Positions 9,790-19,671 of a stretch of DNA of 64,000 nucleotides are shown here, piece by piece. The notes below the pieces were generated by a model, which was not told the origin of the DNA, did not search any database, and saw nothing but the letters and a program-made list of their open reading frames with translations. Position 1 is the first letter of the stretch. Each line of letters opens with the position of its first letter. Origin of the DNA: an uncultured Clostridia bacterium (GTDB lineage: Bacteria > Bacillota > Clostridia > TANB77 > CAG-508); NCBI GenBank assembly GCA_934162365.1, contig CAKPIK010000001.1, positions 341,501 through 405,500 of the forward strand, written 5' to 3'. The position numbers were made by a program, and so were the translations under genes.

Positions 9790-12450
9790 ATGTGGAGTAC
9801 TTTAGATGTTAAAAATGTACAAAGAAAACTTAAGACAAGTATAAATGTTGGATTAACAGAGGAAGAAGCAGAAAATAGAAAGAAACAATATGGAGAAAAT
9901 AAACTAGATGAAGGAAAAAAAGAGAGTTTATTTATAAAATTTATAAAACAATTTAATGATTTTATGATTATTACTCTACTTATTGCTTCTGGAATTTCTG
10001 CAAGCATATCATATATTCAAAAAACAAATGATTACATAGATTCAATAATAATAGTGGCAATTGTTGTACTAAATGCAACTGTTGGAGTTATACAGGAAAG
10101 TAAAGCAGAAAAATCAATAGAAGCACTAAATAAACTTACTGCTCCTAAAGCCAAGGTTAAAAGAGATAATATATTAAAAACAATAGATAGCAAAGAATTG
10201 GTACCAGGAGATATTATTGTAATAGAAACAGGAGACTATATACCAGCAGATTGTAGATTAATTAATTCATATAATTTAAAAGTAGAAGAGTCTGCATTAA
10301 CAGGAGAAAATCTGCCAGTATTAAAAAAGGCTGATTGTATTGTAAGTGAAAAGGCAGCAGTAGGAGATATGCAAAACCTAGTTTTTGCAACAACAATGGT
10401 AGTAAATGGACATGCAGAAGCAATTGTAACAGAAACTGGTATGAATACAAAAGTTGGAAAAATTGCTGGAATGATAATAAAAGATGAGGCCCCAGAAACA
10501 CCACTTCAAAAAAGATTAGGTGATGTTGGTAAAAAACTTGGAATTGTAGCTTTATTAATTTGTGTATTGATATTTTTTATAGGGTTAATAAAGAAAATAC
10601 CAGTAATGGAAATATTTATGACTTCTGTTGGATTGGCCGTTGCAGCAATACCAGAAGGCTTACCAGCTGTTGTAACAATAATGCTATCTATAGGCGTTAC
10701 AAAAATGGCTAAAAAGAATAGCATAATTAGAAAATTACCAGCAGTTGAAACCTTGGGAAGTAGTAATGTTATATGCTCAGATAAAACAGGAACCTTAACT
10801 CAAAATAAAATGAAGGTAATGGAAATAATAGGTTTAGATCAAAATCCATTTAGAAAAAAAGAGATATTAGAAATGGCGTGTATGTGCACAGATTGTAATA
10901 TAAATTATTCTACTAAAGAGGTAGATGGAGAAGCAACAGAAAAATCAATTGTAGAAGCAGCTTTGGATGTTGGAATAGATAAAAATGAATTATATAGTAA
11001 AATGCAAAGAGTAAATGATATTCCATTTGATTCAGATAGAAAAATGATGTCAACAATACATCAAGTTGGGAATAAATATAGAGTTATAACTAAAGGTGCG
11101 CCAGAAATATTAATAAAAAAATGTAATAGATATTTAGAAAATACTAGAGAAGAACATTTAAATAGTGAAAATATAAGAAAAATAAATAAAATTAATGAAC
11201 AAATGGCAGATAAAGCATTAAGAGTTATAGCTGTTGGGTATAAGGATTTAGATGAATTACCATTAGATGTAAATACAAGTTTAGAAGAAAACTTAACATT
11301 TTGCGGTTTAATAGGAATGATAGATCCGCCGAGAGAAGGTGTAAAAGAGGCTATAAATATTTGCAAACATGCTGGCATAAAAACTGTTATGATAACAGGT
11401 GATCATATATTAACAGCAAAAGCAATTGCAAAAGATCTAGGAATATTAAGAGTTGGGGATTTAGCAATTACAGGTCAACAGCTTGATGAAATACCAAATG
11501 AAGACTTTGAAAAAAATATAATGAAATATTCTGTATTTGCAAGAGTATCACCAGAACATAAAGTGAAAATAGTAAAGGCATTTAGAAAAAATGGAAATGT
11601 TGTTGCAATGACTGGTGACGGAGTAAATGATGCACCTGCTCTAAAAAATGCCGATATAGGGATTGCAATGGGAAAAACAGGCACAGATGTTGCAAAAAAT
11701 GCATCAGATATGATTTTGTCAGATGATAACTTTGTAACAATAGTTGAAGCTGTAAAAGAGGGAAGACATATTTATGATAATATAAAGAAAGCTGTGCATT
11801 TTTTGCTTGCAACTAATATAGGAGAAATTGTTGCTATATTTGTTGGGTTACTTATAGGTTTAGATACACCACTTTTAGCAATACAACTATTATGGATAAA
11901 TTTAGTAACAGACTCTTTGCCAGCAATAGCTTTAGGACTAGAACCAATAGATAAAAATATAATGAATAAAAAACCTAAAAAATCAAATGAAAGTATTTTT
12001 GCAGGTGGACTATGGGGAAGCATTTTTGTAGAGGGAATGATGATAGGAATATTAACATTGTTTGCTTTTGCAATAGGAAATAATAAATATGGAATTGAAG
12101 TTGGAAGAACTATGGCATTCTTTACGCTAAGTGCATTAGAATTAGTTCATAGTATTAATGTTAGAAGTGAAGAATCAATTTTTAGAATAGGAATTTTTAG
12201 TAATATATATTTAGTAGGAGCATTTATTATAGGAATAATGTTACAGTTTTTAGTAATAGCAATACCAAGCCTAGCAAAAATTTTTGAATCAGTGCCATTA
12301 AATTTAACTCAATGGATATATGTAGCAGTAATTTCTATTTTACCATTGATATTAATTGAACTTCAAAAAAGAATAAATGAGTTTAAATTTGGAAAAGTAG
12401 TATATTCTCCGAAAGAAATAATAATAAAAAAGCAAAAGAGTGCAAATTAA
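9790..12450 (+). CDS. calcium-translocating P2-type ATPase
   Basis: CSDKTGTLTQNKM, MITGD and TGDGVNDAPALK motifs. 886 aa with N-terminal cation-ATPase domain LTEEEAENRKKQYGENKL. Confidence 0.85.
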   Translation: MWSTLDVKNVQRKLKTSINVGLTEEEAENRKKQYGENKLDEGKKESLFIKFIKQFNDFMIITLLIASGISASISYIQKTNDYIDSIIIVAIVVLNATVGVIQESKAEKSIEALNKLTAPKAKVKRDNILKTIDSKELVPGDIIVIETGDYIPADCRLINSYNLKVEESALTGENLPVLKKADCIVSEKAAVGDMQNLVFATTMVVNGHAEAIVTETGMNTKVGKIAGMIIKDEAPETPLQKRLGDVGKKLGIVALLICVLIFFIGLIKKIPVMEIFMTSVGLAVAAIPEGLPAVVTIMLSIGVTKMAKKNSIIRKLPAVETLGSSNVICSDKTGTLTQNKMKVMEIIGLDQNPFRKKEILEMACMCTDCNINYSTKEVDGEATEKSIVEAALDVGIDKNELYSKMQRVNDIPFDSDRKMMSTIHQVGNKYRVITKGAPEILIKKCNRYLENTREEHLNSENIRKINKINEQMADKALRVIAVGYKDLDELPLDVNTSLEENLTFCGLIGMIDPPREGVKEAINICKHAGIKTVMITGDHILTAKAIAKDLGILRVGDLAITGQQLDEIPNEDFEKNIMKYSVFARVSPEHKVKIVKAFRKNGNVVAMTGDGVNDAPALKNADIGIAMGKTGTDVAKNASDMILSDDNFVTIVEAVKEGRHIYDNIKKAVHFLLATNIGEIVAIFVGLLIGLDTPLLAIQLLWINLVTDSLPAIALGLEPIDKNIMNKKPKKSNESIFAGGLWGSIFVEGMMIGILTLFAFAIGNNKYGIEVGRTMAFFTLSALELVHSINVRSEESIFRIGIFSNIYLVGAFIIGIMLQFLVIAIPSLAKIFESVPLNLTQWIYVAVISILPLILIELQKRINEFKFGKVVYSPKEIIIKKQKSAN

Positions 12451-12509
12451 TGCACTCTTTTGTTGCATTTTTTCCATACAAATGATAATATATTTTTGAG
12501 GTGAAAAAA

Positions 12510-13598
12510 ATGTCAAATATTATAGATTATATAAAATGGAGAGGAGATTTAAGTTTTGATCAAGCTCCAATAAATGAAATAGATAATATTATACTTGCAA
12601 GATTCTCATATTTACCTTTTAAATATATTGAATTAAATAATATGGAAACAATAGAAAGTATTTCAAATAAAATGAAAGACTTTGATATAGAAAGATTTTT
12701 ATGGGATGATGATAAAGAATTTATAAAGCTTTTAGGTCAAGTGGATAGATATAAAAACTTAAAAACAACAAATTATATAGAAATATTTGATAAAGCAGCG
12801 GAAAAACAATTTGCAGCAATAACAATATTACTTTCAAATAAGACAAGCTATATATCTTTTCGAGGAACAGATTCATCACTAGTAGGATTGAAAGAAGATT
12901 TAAATATGAGCTTTATGGAAAATGTTCCATCTCAAAAAGAAGCAGTAAATTACTTAAATAATATAGCAAGAAAAAATAAAGATAAATTAATAATAGGTGG
13001 ACACTCAAAAGGGGGAAACCTAGCCGTATATTCTGCAATATTTTGTGAAGATAAAATAAAAAATAGAATTGAAAAGGTTATAAATGCAGATGGTCCAGGC
13101 TTTGATAAAAGTATAATTCAAACAGAAAATTATAGAAAAATCTTAAACAAAATAGAAACATACATTCCTCAATCTTCAATAGTTGGAAGATTACTTGAAC
13201 ATGAAGAAGAATATCAGGTAGTAAAAAGCATTCAAAAAGGAGTAATGCAACATGATATATATTCTTGGCAAGTAGAACCACTAATGCTAGTAAGAATACC
13301 AACATTAACAAATAATAGTGAAATGTTTAATGGAATAGTAAGAGACTGGGTAAAAAATACAACACCAGAACAAAGAAAGAATTTTATAAACTTAATATAT
13401 GACATAATAACAACAACAGATGCAAAAAGTCTAGGTGATTTTTCAAAAAATACTGCAAAAAAAATAGGAATAATATTGAATAGTTACAGGAGTGTAAACG
13501 AAGAAGACAGAAAAGAAATGGAAAGAATGGTAAAATTAATATTAGAGAGTGCAGTAAAGGTAATAAAAGAAAACATCACATCTACACAAGAAAAATAA
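12510..13598 (+). CDS. DUF2974 / Mbeg1-like alpha/beta-hydrolase fold protein
   Basis: IDYIKWRGDLSF N-terminus and lipase-like GGHSKGGNLA nucleophile elbow. GAGGTG RBS before ATG 12510. Confidence 0.6.
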   Translation: MSNIIDYIKWRGDLSFDQAPINEIDNIILARFSYLPFKYIELNNMETIESISNKMKDFDIERFLWDDDKEFIKLLGQVDRYKNLKTTNYIEIFDKAAEKQFAAITILLSNKTSYISFRGTDSSLVGLKEDLNMSFMENVPSQKEAVNYLNNIARKNKDKLIIGGHSKGGNLAVYSAIFCEDKIKNRIEKVINADGPGFDKSIIQTENYRKILNKIETYIPQSSIVGRLLEHEEEYQVVKSIQKGVMQHDIYSWQVEPLMLVRIPTLTNNSEMFNGIVRDWVKNTTPEQRKNFINLIYDIITTTDAKSLGDFSKNTAKKIGIILNSYRSVNEEDRKEMERMVKLILESAVKVIKENITSTQEK

Positions 13599-13600
13599 CT

Positions 13601-13629
13601 CATAATACAACCTTCATACGAATACAATT
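13601..13629 (+). promoter_or_regulatory. sigma-E-type promoter of spoIIID
   Basis: TCATAAT-N14-AATACAAT, compared with my recollection of the B. subtilis sigma-E consensus (kmATAww-N14-CATACAmT). It lies ~32 nt upstream of the GGAGG RBS and ATG. Confidence 0.45.
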
Positions 13630-13661
13630 AAACAAATGTAATCGTATGGAGGTTTTGCTTT

Positions 13662-13788
13662 ATGACCAAAGTTTCAATAGAAGAACGTGCAATAGAGCTT
13701 GCACAGTATATAATAGATTCAAAAGATACAGTAAGAGGAGCTGCCAAAAAATATGGAATAAGTAAAAGCACAGTACACACGGATGTAA
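13662..13788 (+). CDS. spoIIID: spoIIID 5' segment (HTH half); the reading frame then runs into the inserted element
   Basis: MTKVSIEERAIELAQYIIDSKDTVRGAAKKYGISKSTVHTDV aligns with B. subtilis SpoIIID ...KKTVRVIAKEFGVSKSTVHKDL. Similarity is lost after 13788. Track ORF 13662..13901 is the read-through product. Confidence 0.85.
13770..13788 (+). repeat. left junction (attL-like) repeat
   Basis: ACAGTACACACGGATGTAA, compared with ACAGTACATAAAGATGTAA at 25807-25825 (16/19 match). The identical core GATGTAA is at 13782-13788. Confidence 0.75.
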
Positions 13789-13916
13789 CACTAAAGAACG
13801 GTTTAAAAAATGGACAAGTTATTCCTGAAAGTATTGAAATAAAGAAGGTTTTCCTAGCAGAGAAAAATCCAGTTGTTAGATTAGGATTATTAATTAAATA
13901 AAATATAAAATTTGGT

Positions 13917-13942
13917 GTCTACTCTTTGAGTGGACATTTTTT
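13917..13942 (+). terminator. terminator just inside the element's left end
   Basis: GTCTACTC-ttt-GAGTGGAC stem (one G-U pair) followed by a T6 run. Confidence 0.5.
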
Positions 13943-14015
13943 GTGAAAAAGCATATATTGAAAATTTTGTCAAAATATGATATAAATAGTGTAAATAAAA
14001 GATTGGAGAATAAAA

Positions 14016-15074
14016 ATGGAAAATAATAAGTTACAAAATGAAATCGAAGAAAAAAGAAATAGTCTATCAACTGATAGATTGGATATGTCATATGGTGAAA
14101 TTATAAGCATGTATCAAAATGATGATTTAATTATAAATCCAGAATTTCAGAGATTATTTAGATGGAATAATTATCAAAAAACCAGATTTGTTGAATCTAT
14201 ATTATTAGGTATCCCTACTCCACCAATATTTGTTGCAGAAGATAAAGAAGGAAAATGGGAATTAGTTGACGGATTGCAAAGATTATCAACAATAATATCT
14301 TTTTTTGGTTTGCTAAAAGGACCATCAGAAGATAAAAATAAATGGACTTTAGAAAAAGCACCTTTAATTTCAACACTAGAGGGAATTAATATTGATACTT
14401 TACCATTGTTATTTCAAAGAAATATTAAAAGAGCTTATTGTAGAGTGGAAATAATAAAATGGGATAGTAATATTGATATGAGATATGAATTATTCAATAG
14501 ATTAAATACTGGAGGTTCAAGTCTAACGGAACAAGAAATAAGAAACTGCATTTTTAGAGGAAACGGAAATGAGTTTAATAATTTTATAAGAGAACTCGCA
14601 GATATGCCAAAATTTATTGAATTAGCTGATATTAGTAGTAAAAAGAAAGAAGAATTATATTTAGATGAATTGGTATTAAGATTTTTATCTTTAAAAGAAG
14701 AATATAATTCGATGAATGATAATTTATCTGAACATATGACAAGGTTTATGGAGGAAGAAACAAAATACCATAATTTATCTTATGAATTTGAGAAACAAAA
14801 CTTTATTAATATCGTTAGTCTTTTATATAAAATAGGACCGGATGTGTTTAAAGCAACGAATAAACAATTTTCAAGTGCAATATATGATGGAGTAATGGTT
14901 GCAACAAATATGTATTATGAAAAATACAAAGATGACGTAACATCTTTAAAAAATAAAATTAAATCATTAAAAGAGAATAAAGAATACAAATCTAATATGG
15001 GCTCAAATTCGGGAGGAAAAGGAAGGGTTCAAAATAGAATTTCTATAGCAATTGATATTTTGGGCAAGGAGTAA
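14016..15074 (+). CDS. DUF262 (ParB/GmrSD N-terminal-like) domain protein
   Basis: INPEFQRLFRWNNYQKTRFVESILLGIPTPPIFV...ELVDGLQRLSTI matches the DUF262 FQR...DGQQRLTT signature. No DUF1524/HNH half is present. Confidence 0.75.
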   Translation: MENNKLQNEIEEKRNSLSTDRLDMSYGEIISMYQNDDLIINPEFQRLFRWNNYQKTRFVESILLGIPTPPIFVAEDKEGKWELVDGLQRLSTIISFFGLLKGPSEDKNKWTLEKAPLISTLEGINIDTLPLLFQRNIKRAYCRVEIIKWDSNIDMRYELFNRLNTGGSSLTEQEIRNCIFRGNGNEFNNFIRELADMPKFIELADISSKKKEELYLDELVLRFLSLKEEYNSMNDNLSEHMTRFMEEETKYHNLSYEFEKQNFINIVSLLYKIGPDVFKATNKQFSSAIYDGVMVATNMYYEKYKDDVTSLKNKIKSLKENKEYKSNMGSNSGGKGRVQNRISIAIDILGKE

Positions 15075-15081
15075 TTTTATT

Positions 15082-15741
15082 ATGAATATAGAAGAAAGTT
15101 TAGAGAATGAATTACAGTGGCGTATAGAAATATTTTCATATCTAAAGACCATTCCAAAGAGGAGAGCTTTTAGTGATAAAGAACAAGAAATATATTATAA
15201 TAGTATTATTCCTATTATCTATAGTCATTTAGAAGGATTTATTAATAAGGCAATTAATATATATAGTACATATATTAATAAACTTGGAGTTAACTATTTA
15301 GATTATCATCCAAATATATTATTACATATTATTGAAAATAAATATAATAATGTCTTTGAAGATGCAATAAAAAATACAAATTCGAAAAATAAAATTATAA
15401 ATAAATTTTGTAACGATATAAAAAATGAAGATATGTCTATTCCAATAAAAGCAAGTAGGAATATGAATATGAATTGTAAGAGAATAAATATATTATTAAA
15501 TAGTTTTAATATAAAACCAATTAGAGAGGATAAATACGAAAGTAAATTAGATGCACTTCTAGGAAAACGAAATTGTATTGCTCATGGTGAAGCTAGTATA
15601 CAAGTTTCAGATACTGATATTACGGATTATATAAAATTAGTCAGTGATGTTATAGAAGATATAATAATTAATATAACTGAAGCATATAATAATAAAGATT
15701 ATTATAATGATGATATTAGAAACAATCTAAATGAAATATAA
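15082..15741 (+). CDS. HEPN-domain protein (MAE_28990/MAE_18760-like)
   Basis: C-terminal Rx4H motif LLGKRNCIAHGE plus IYSHLEGF. AAGGAG RBS. The start lies 7 nt after the DUF262 stop. Confidence 0.65.
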   Translation: MNIEESLENELQWRIEIFSYLKTIPKRRAFSDKEQEIYYNSIIPIIYSHLEGFINKAINIYSTYINKLGVNYLDYHPNILLHIIENKYNNVFEDAIKNTNSKNKIINKFCNDIKNEDMSIPIKASRNMNMNCKRINILLNSFNIKPIREDKYESKLDALLGKRNCIAHGEASIQVSDTDITDYIKLVSDVIEDIIINITEAYNNKDYYNDDIRNNLNEI

Positions 15742-15783
15742 AACGCTTTGAATTTAAGAAATTAAGTTCAAGGCGTTTCTTTA
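15741..15783 (+). terminator. rho-independent terminator
   Basis: AAACGCTTTGAA...TTCAAGGCGTTT stem followed by T-rich sequence. Confidence 0.6.
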
Positions 15784-15872
15784 TGCCTAAAAGATATTTT
15801 ATTAAATTTGATTTTAAAAGCCACAAAATCGAACGTGGTGCGAATAAAAGCTAAACGAAAGGAGAATATGAA

Positions 15873-16406
15873 ATGCAAAAATTAAAAGGATTATGGATTC
15901 CAGCAGAAATATTATTAAATGAAAATTTATCAGATAAAGAAAAGATAATACTATCAATAATTTTATATTTAAGTGAAGAAACTAAAAGTTGTTTTGCAAG
16001 TAATAAATATATTGCAAATATTGTAAATGTAACACCTGAAAGAGTATCTAAAATCATAAGTTCATTAAAAGATAAAGGATATATAAGTGTTAAATTAAAA
16101 TATAAAACAGATAGCAAAGAAATAGAAGAAAGACAAATTACACCTATAGTCGAAAACGTCAATAGGTATAGTCAAAAACTTCAAGAGGGTATAGACAATA
16201 ATAACTATTTAGATAGTGAAAAACGACCATACCCTATAGGTGAAAATAACAAAGATATAATAAATAATATAAAAAATAAAAATAATTATAATAAGGAATG
16301 CCAGACAAGTAAAAAGAAATATGTACCATATAGAAGCGACAGAAATTATGATAACTTAAATTGGGATAGCTTATATGCAAATTATAAAGAGATTACTGCT
16401 ACTTAA
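15873..16406 (+). CDS. winged-helix/HTH protein of plasmid or phage replication-initiator type
   Basis: WIPAEILLNENLSDKEKIILSIILYLSEE...ASNKYIANIVNVTPERVSKIISSLKDKGYI is HTH_36-like. The exact function is not established. Confidence 0.4.
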   Translation: MQKLKGLWIPAEILLNENLSDKEKIILSIILYLSEETKSCFASNKYIANIVNVTPERVSKIISSLKDKGYISVKLKYKTDSKEIEERQITPIVENVNRYSQKLQEGIDNNNYLDSEKRPYPIGENNKDIINNIKNKNNYNKECQTSKKKYVPYRSDRNYDNLNWDSLYANYKEITAT

Positions 16407-16459
16407 ATATTTAGCTAATCTCTTTTAATTTGCCTAAAAAACTATTTATATTTTTTTAG

Positions 16460-16575
16460 CACTCAAAAATAAAAATTAGCTTTTTATTTTTGAGTGGAAA
16501 GGGTGCAGGGACTCCTGCCACACTAACACTTTTTGAAGCAGTAGGCTAAAAAAGTGTTGTAGTGTGTTACAACAC
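16460..16575 (+). promoter_or_regulatory. oriT region (MobV-type) with overlapping inverted repeats
   Basis: Perfect 16-bp hairpin at 16460-16496. IR CACTAACACTTTTT/AAAAAGTGTTgtAGTG at 16521-16564. IR GTGTTGTA-GTGTGT-TACAACAC at 16554-16575. The loop carries TAGTGTGTTA, which resembles the pMV158 nick sequence TAGTGTG/TTA. Confidence 0.6.
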
Positions 16576-16646
16576 ATTAGAGAAAGCAGAAGATTTTAGC
16601 TTATCTCTGTGTTTACTCATTAGATTAAAAGAAGGAGGTATATGAG

Positions 16647-17834
16647 ATGAGTTATGCTATAATAAGAAATACAAAATACAAAAGAGAAAATTTAAAAGGA
16701 ATATATAGACACAATGAAAGAAGAAATAAGAATTATTCAAATGCAAATATAGATAAAGAAAAATCATATTTGAACTATTCAATAAAATCTCCACAATATA
16801 GTTATGAAAAAGAATTTGATTTAATGAGAGAAAAATACAAATTAAAAGGACAAATAAAAGTAGTTAGTAATATTGCTTGTGAATATATAATTACTTCTGA
16901 TAAGGAATTTTTTGAAACAATAGGGGAAGAAGAAACAAAAAGATATTTTGAAACTGCATATCAATTTGTAACTCAATACAAAGATTTAGGCGAACAATAT
17001 ATAATGTCTGCAAAAGTGCATATGGATGAAGAAACACCACATATGCACTTAATTTTTTTACCTGTAGTTCATACCAAAGATAAAAAAGGTAATGACATTG
17101 ACAAATTAGCTTGTAGCGAATTTTGGAAAGCTAAAGATAGTTATAGACAACTTCAAAATGCTTTTTACAATTATATGGTATCTAATAATTTTGAACTGGA
17201 AAGAGGTCTGCCAAAAGAAGAAACAGGAAGAGAACATATAGATTTGAAAGAATATAAAGAAATAACTAATTTTGATAAAACAAAAGAAAAATTACAAAAT
17301 ATAAAATTAGAATTGCCAGATGTTCCAAATTTAGAAGATATAAATGTAAATAGACTTTCAAAAAAGAGAGATGAAAAGATACTTGAAGAAATAATTAAAC
17401 CAAAAGATAATTTGATAAATGACTTGTATCAAGACAACCTAATTTTACAACAAGAATTATCAAGACAAGCAAGAATGGTAGAAAAAGCAGAAAAATATCA
17501 AAGAGAACGAGATAAAATAATGGAAGATAATGAAAATCTACACAATGAAGTGGAACAAATTAGGGCTGAATACAAGCAAAAAGAAAGTGATATTGAATGG
17601 AAATACAAGAGTAAAATTAAAGGTTTAGAAAAAGAAAATAATAAACTTCATAGAATTGTAGAGAAGTTCTACGAAACTATAGATAAATTTATTCATTGGA
17701 TTTGTAAGAAATTTGATATGGGTGCAGAAGATAATTTGATAAGAGATTTTCAAAAAGAAACAAATACCTTACTAAATGCTGAAAAACAAATTGAAAAAGA
17801 AGATAGAGAAAAAGAATTTGAAATGGAATTATAA
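16647..17834 (+). CDS. MobV-family relaxase (Mob/Pre plasmid recombination enzyme)
   Basis: MSYAIIRNTKYKRENLKGIYRHNERR N-terminus and HMDEETPHMHLIFLPV histidine triad, followed by a coiled-coil C-terminus. Confidence 0.85.
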   Translation: MSYAIIRNTKYKRENLKGIYRHNERRNKNYSNANIDKEKSYLNYSIKSPQYSYEKEFDLMREKYKLKGQIKVVSNIACEYIITSDKEFFETIGEEETKRYFETAYQFVTQYKDLGEQYIMSAKVHMDEETPHMHLIFLPVVHTKDKKGNDIDKLACSEFWKAKDSYRQLQNAFYNYMVSNNFELERGLPKEETGREHIDLKEYKEITNFDKTKEKLQNIKLELPDVPNLEDINVNRLSKKRDEKILEEIIKPKDNLINDLYQDNLILQQELSRQARMVEKAEKYQRERDKIMEDNENLHNEVEQIRAEYKQKESDIEWKYKSKIKGLEKENNKLHRIVEKFYETIDKFIHWICKKFDMGAEDNLIRDFQKETNTLLNAEKQIEKEDREKEFEMEL

Positions 17835-17907
17835 TCACTTTATTTTTTTGTATTATTATGATATATTAAGGAGGAAAAATAAAATAAATGATAAAAAAAG
17901 GAAAAAT

Positions 17908-19668
17908 ATGAAAAAAAGTTTTTTAAATAAGACACTAAAAGGTACAAAATTTTATATAGTTTTAATATTAATATTGAGTGCAATATATTCAAGATTATTG
18001 GTATATATACCTATGTTTATACAATATGCACTTGATGGTGTAATAATGGAAAATGAAAGTGTAATTCCAAATCTAATAAGAAACTTATTTTATTCAAATG
18101 ATAAGATATCAAAGATAATAGTTCTTGTTTTAGTATTGATAATGCTAAATATACTAGTTTTTATTGTAAATTATTTGAAGAGTAAGATTAATACAAAATT
18201 TAATTTGATAATAAATAGAAATGTTAAAGAATCAGTTTTAGAGCATATTCCAAAAATAAATTATATGCAATTTAGCAATATAGATAAGTCAAATGTAATT
18301 CAAAGAGTTAATAATGATGCTACTATATATTCTGAATTTTTTAATTCTCAAATAAATTTATTTTTTGATACAATTTTTATTATTATATTTGCAGTAGCAC
18401 AAACTTTACAATTAAATAGTACAGTTGGATTATTTATAGCTATAATTTGTGGATTGATAGTAGCATTATCTATATGGTATTTTAGAGCATCAAAACCATT
18501 AGTAGAAGATATTGTAGAAAGTAATAGAGAAGTAATAAACAAAACTACTATAGAAATAGAAGAATCTAAAATGTTAAAAATATTTAACAGAAGAGATAAA
18601 GAAATGGAAGACTTCTCAAAAATGAATAGTGAATATAAGAAAAAAGAAATAAAACTCGCAAAAATGAAAGTACTATATGGAATAGGTACACATACATTAA
18701 GAAATTTTAAAGAGCCATTTATATTACTATGGGGTGGGATATTAGTTGTACAAGGAGAAATGACACTTGCTACTATATCAATTTTACTAACATATTCAAC
18801 AAAAATATTAGAATATGTATATAAATCAGTAGACAAGCTAAAAGCAATAAATGAATTTATTGTAGCATATAAAAAGTTATCAAGTTTAATGAATTTAGAT
18901 GAAGATATAGAAAAAAATCCATATGTGGAATTAGATGGAGATATAGTTTTTGAAAATGTAAGTATAAAACTAAATAATAACACTATATTAGAAAATTTGA
19001 ATTTTACAATTAATAAAAATGAAAATGTAGCAATTATAGGAGATAATGGTTCAGGAAAAACAGTTATTTCAAAAACTTTAATTGGCTTTTATGATTATAC
19101 AGGAAATATATATATTGGAAAGCACAATATAAAAGATGTAAGTAAAAAGAGCTTAAGAGATTATATAGGAGTAGTTCTTCAATATACATATTTATTTACA
19201 GACACAATAAAAGACAATATAAATATTACTAATCGTCTTATAAAAAATGAAGAGATAATAGAGGCTTGTAAATTAGCAGATATATATGAAGATATAAAAG
19301 GATTTGATAAAAACATAGATTATATAATAGGAAAAGGTGGAAATAACATTTCTGGTGGGCAAAAACAAAGAATTGCAATAGCTAGAACTTTGATAAAACA
19401 AAACGAATTTATAGTTTTTGATGATTCATTATCAAAACTTGATACAAGAACAAAACTAAATATATTAAACAATATTATAAAAATGAAAATAGGAGCAATA
19501 ATAATTTCACATGATTCAGAAGTAGTAAAAAGATGTGATAAAGTATTATTCATAAATGATAAAACCATTGAAGTTGGAAAACATGAAGATTTGATGAACT
19601 CAAATAAATTATATAAAGAAATTATAGAGATTAGTAAAAATAAAATAATAGAAGATGAGGAATTTTAA
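17908..19668 (+). CDS. ABC exporter, fused permease/ATPase (subunit 1 of a pair)
   Basis: Six-TM N-terminal half, Walker A GDNGSGKT, signature ISGGQKQR and Walker B FIVFDD. ATG 17908 is in frame within track ORF 17776..19668. Confidence 0.85.
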   Translation: MKKSFLNKTLKGTKFYIVLILILSAIYSRLLVYIPMFIQYALDGVIMENESVIPNLIRNLFYSNDKISKIIVLVLVLIMLNILVFIVNYLKSKINTKFNLIINRNVKESVLEHIPKINYMQFSNIDKSNVIQRVNNDATIYSEFFNSQINLFFDTIFIIIFAVAQTLQLNSTVGLFIAIICGLIVALSIWYFRASKPLVEDIVESNREVINKTTIEIEESKMLKIFNRRDKEMEDFSKMNSEYKKKEIKLAKMKVLYGIGTHTLRNFKEPFILLWGGILVVQGEMTLATISILLTYSTKILEYVYKSVDKLKAINEFIVAYKKLSSLMNLDEDIEKNPYVELDGDIVFENVSIKLNNNTILENLNFTINKNENVAIIGDNGSGKTVISKTLIGFYDYTGNIYIGKHNIKDVSKKSLRDYIGVVLQYTYLFTDTIKDNINITNRLIKNEEIIEACKLADIYEDIKGFDKNIDYIIGKGGNNISGGQKQRIAIARTLIKQNEFIVFDDSLSKLDTRTKLNILNNIIKMKIGAIIISHDSEVVKRCDKVLFINDKTIEVGKHEDLMNSNKLYKEIIEISKNKIIEDEEF

Positions 19669-19671
19669 GTA

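Noticed and set aside
13662-13901. Track ORF of 79 aa taken at face value as a small HTH protein.
   Set aside because: Only the first 42 residues resemble SpoIIID. The remaining 37 are read-through into the inserted element. The missing C-terminal half is found at 25819-25968.
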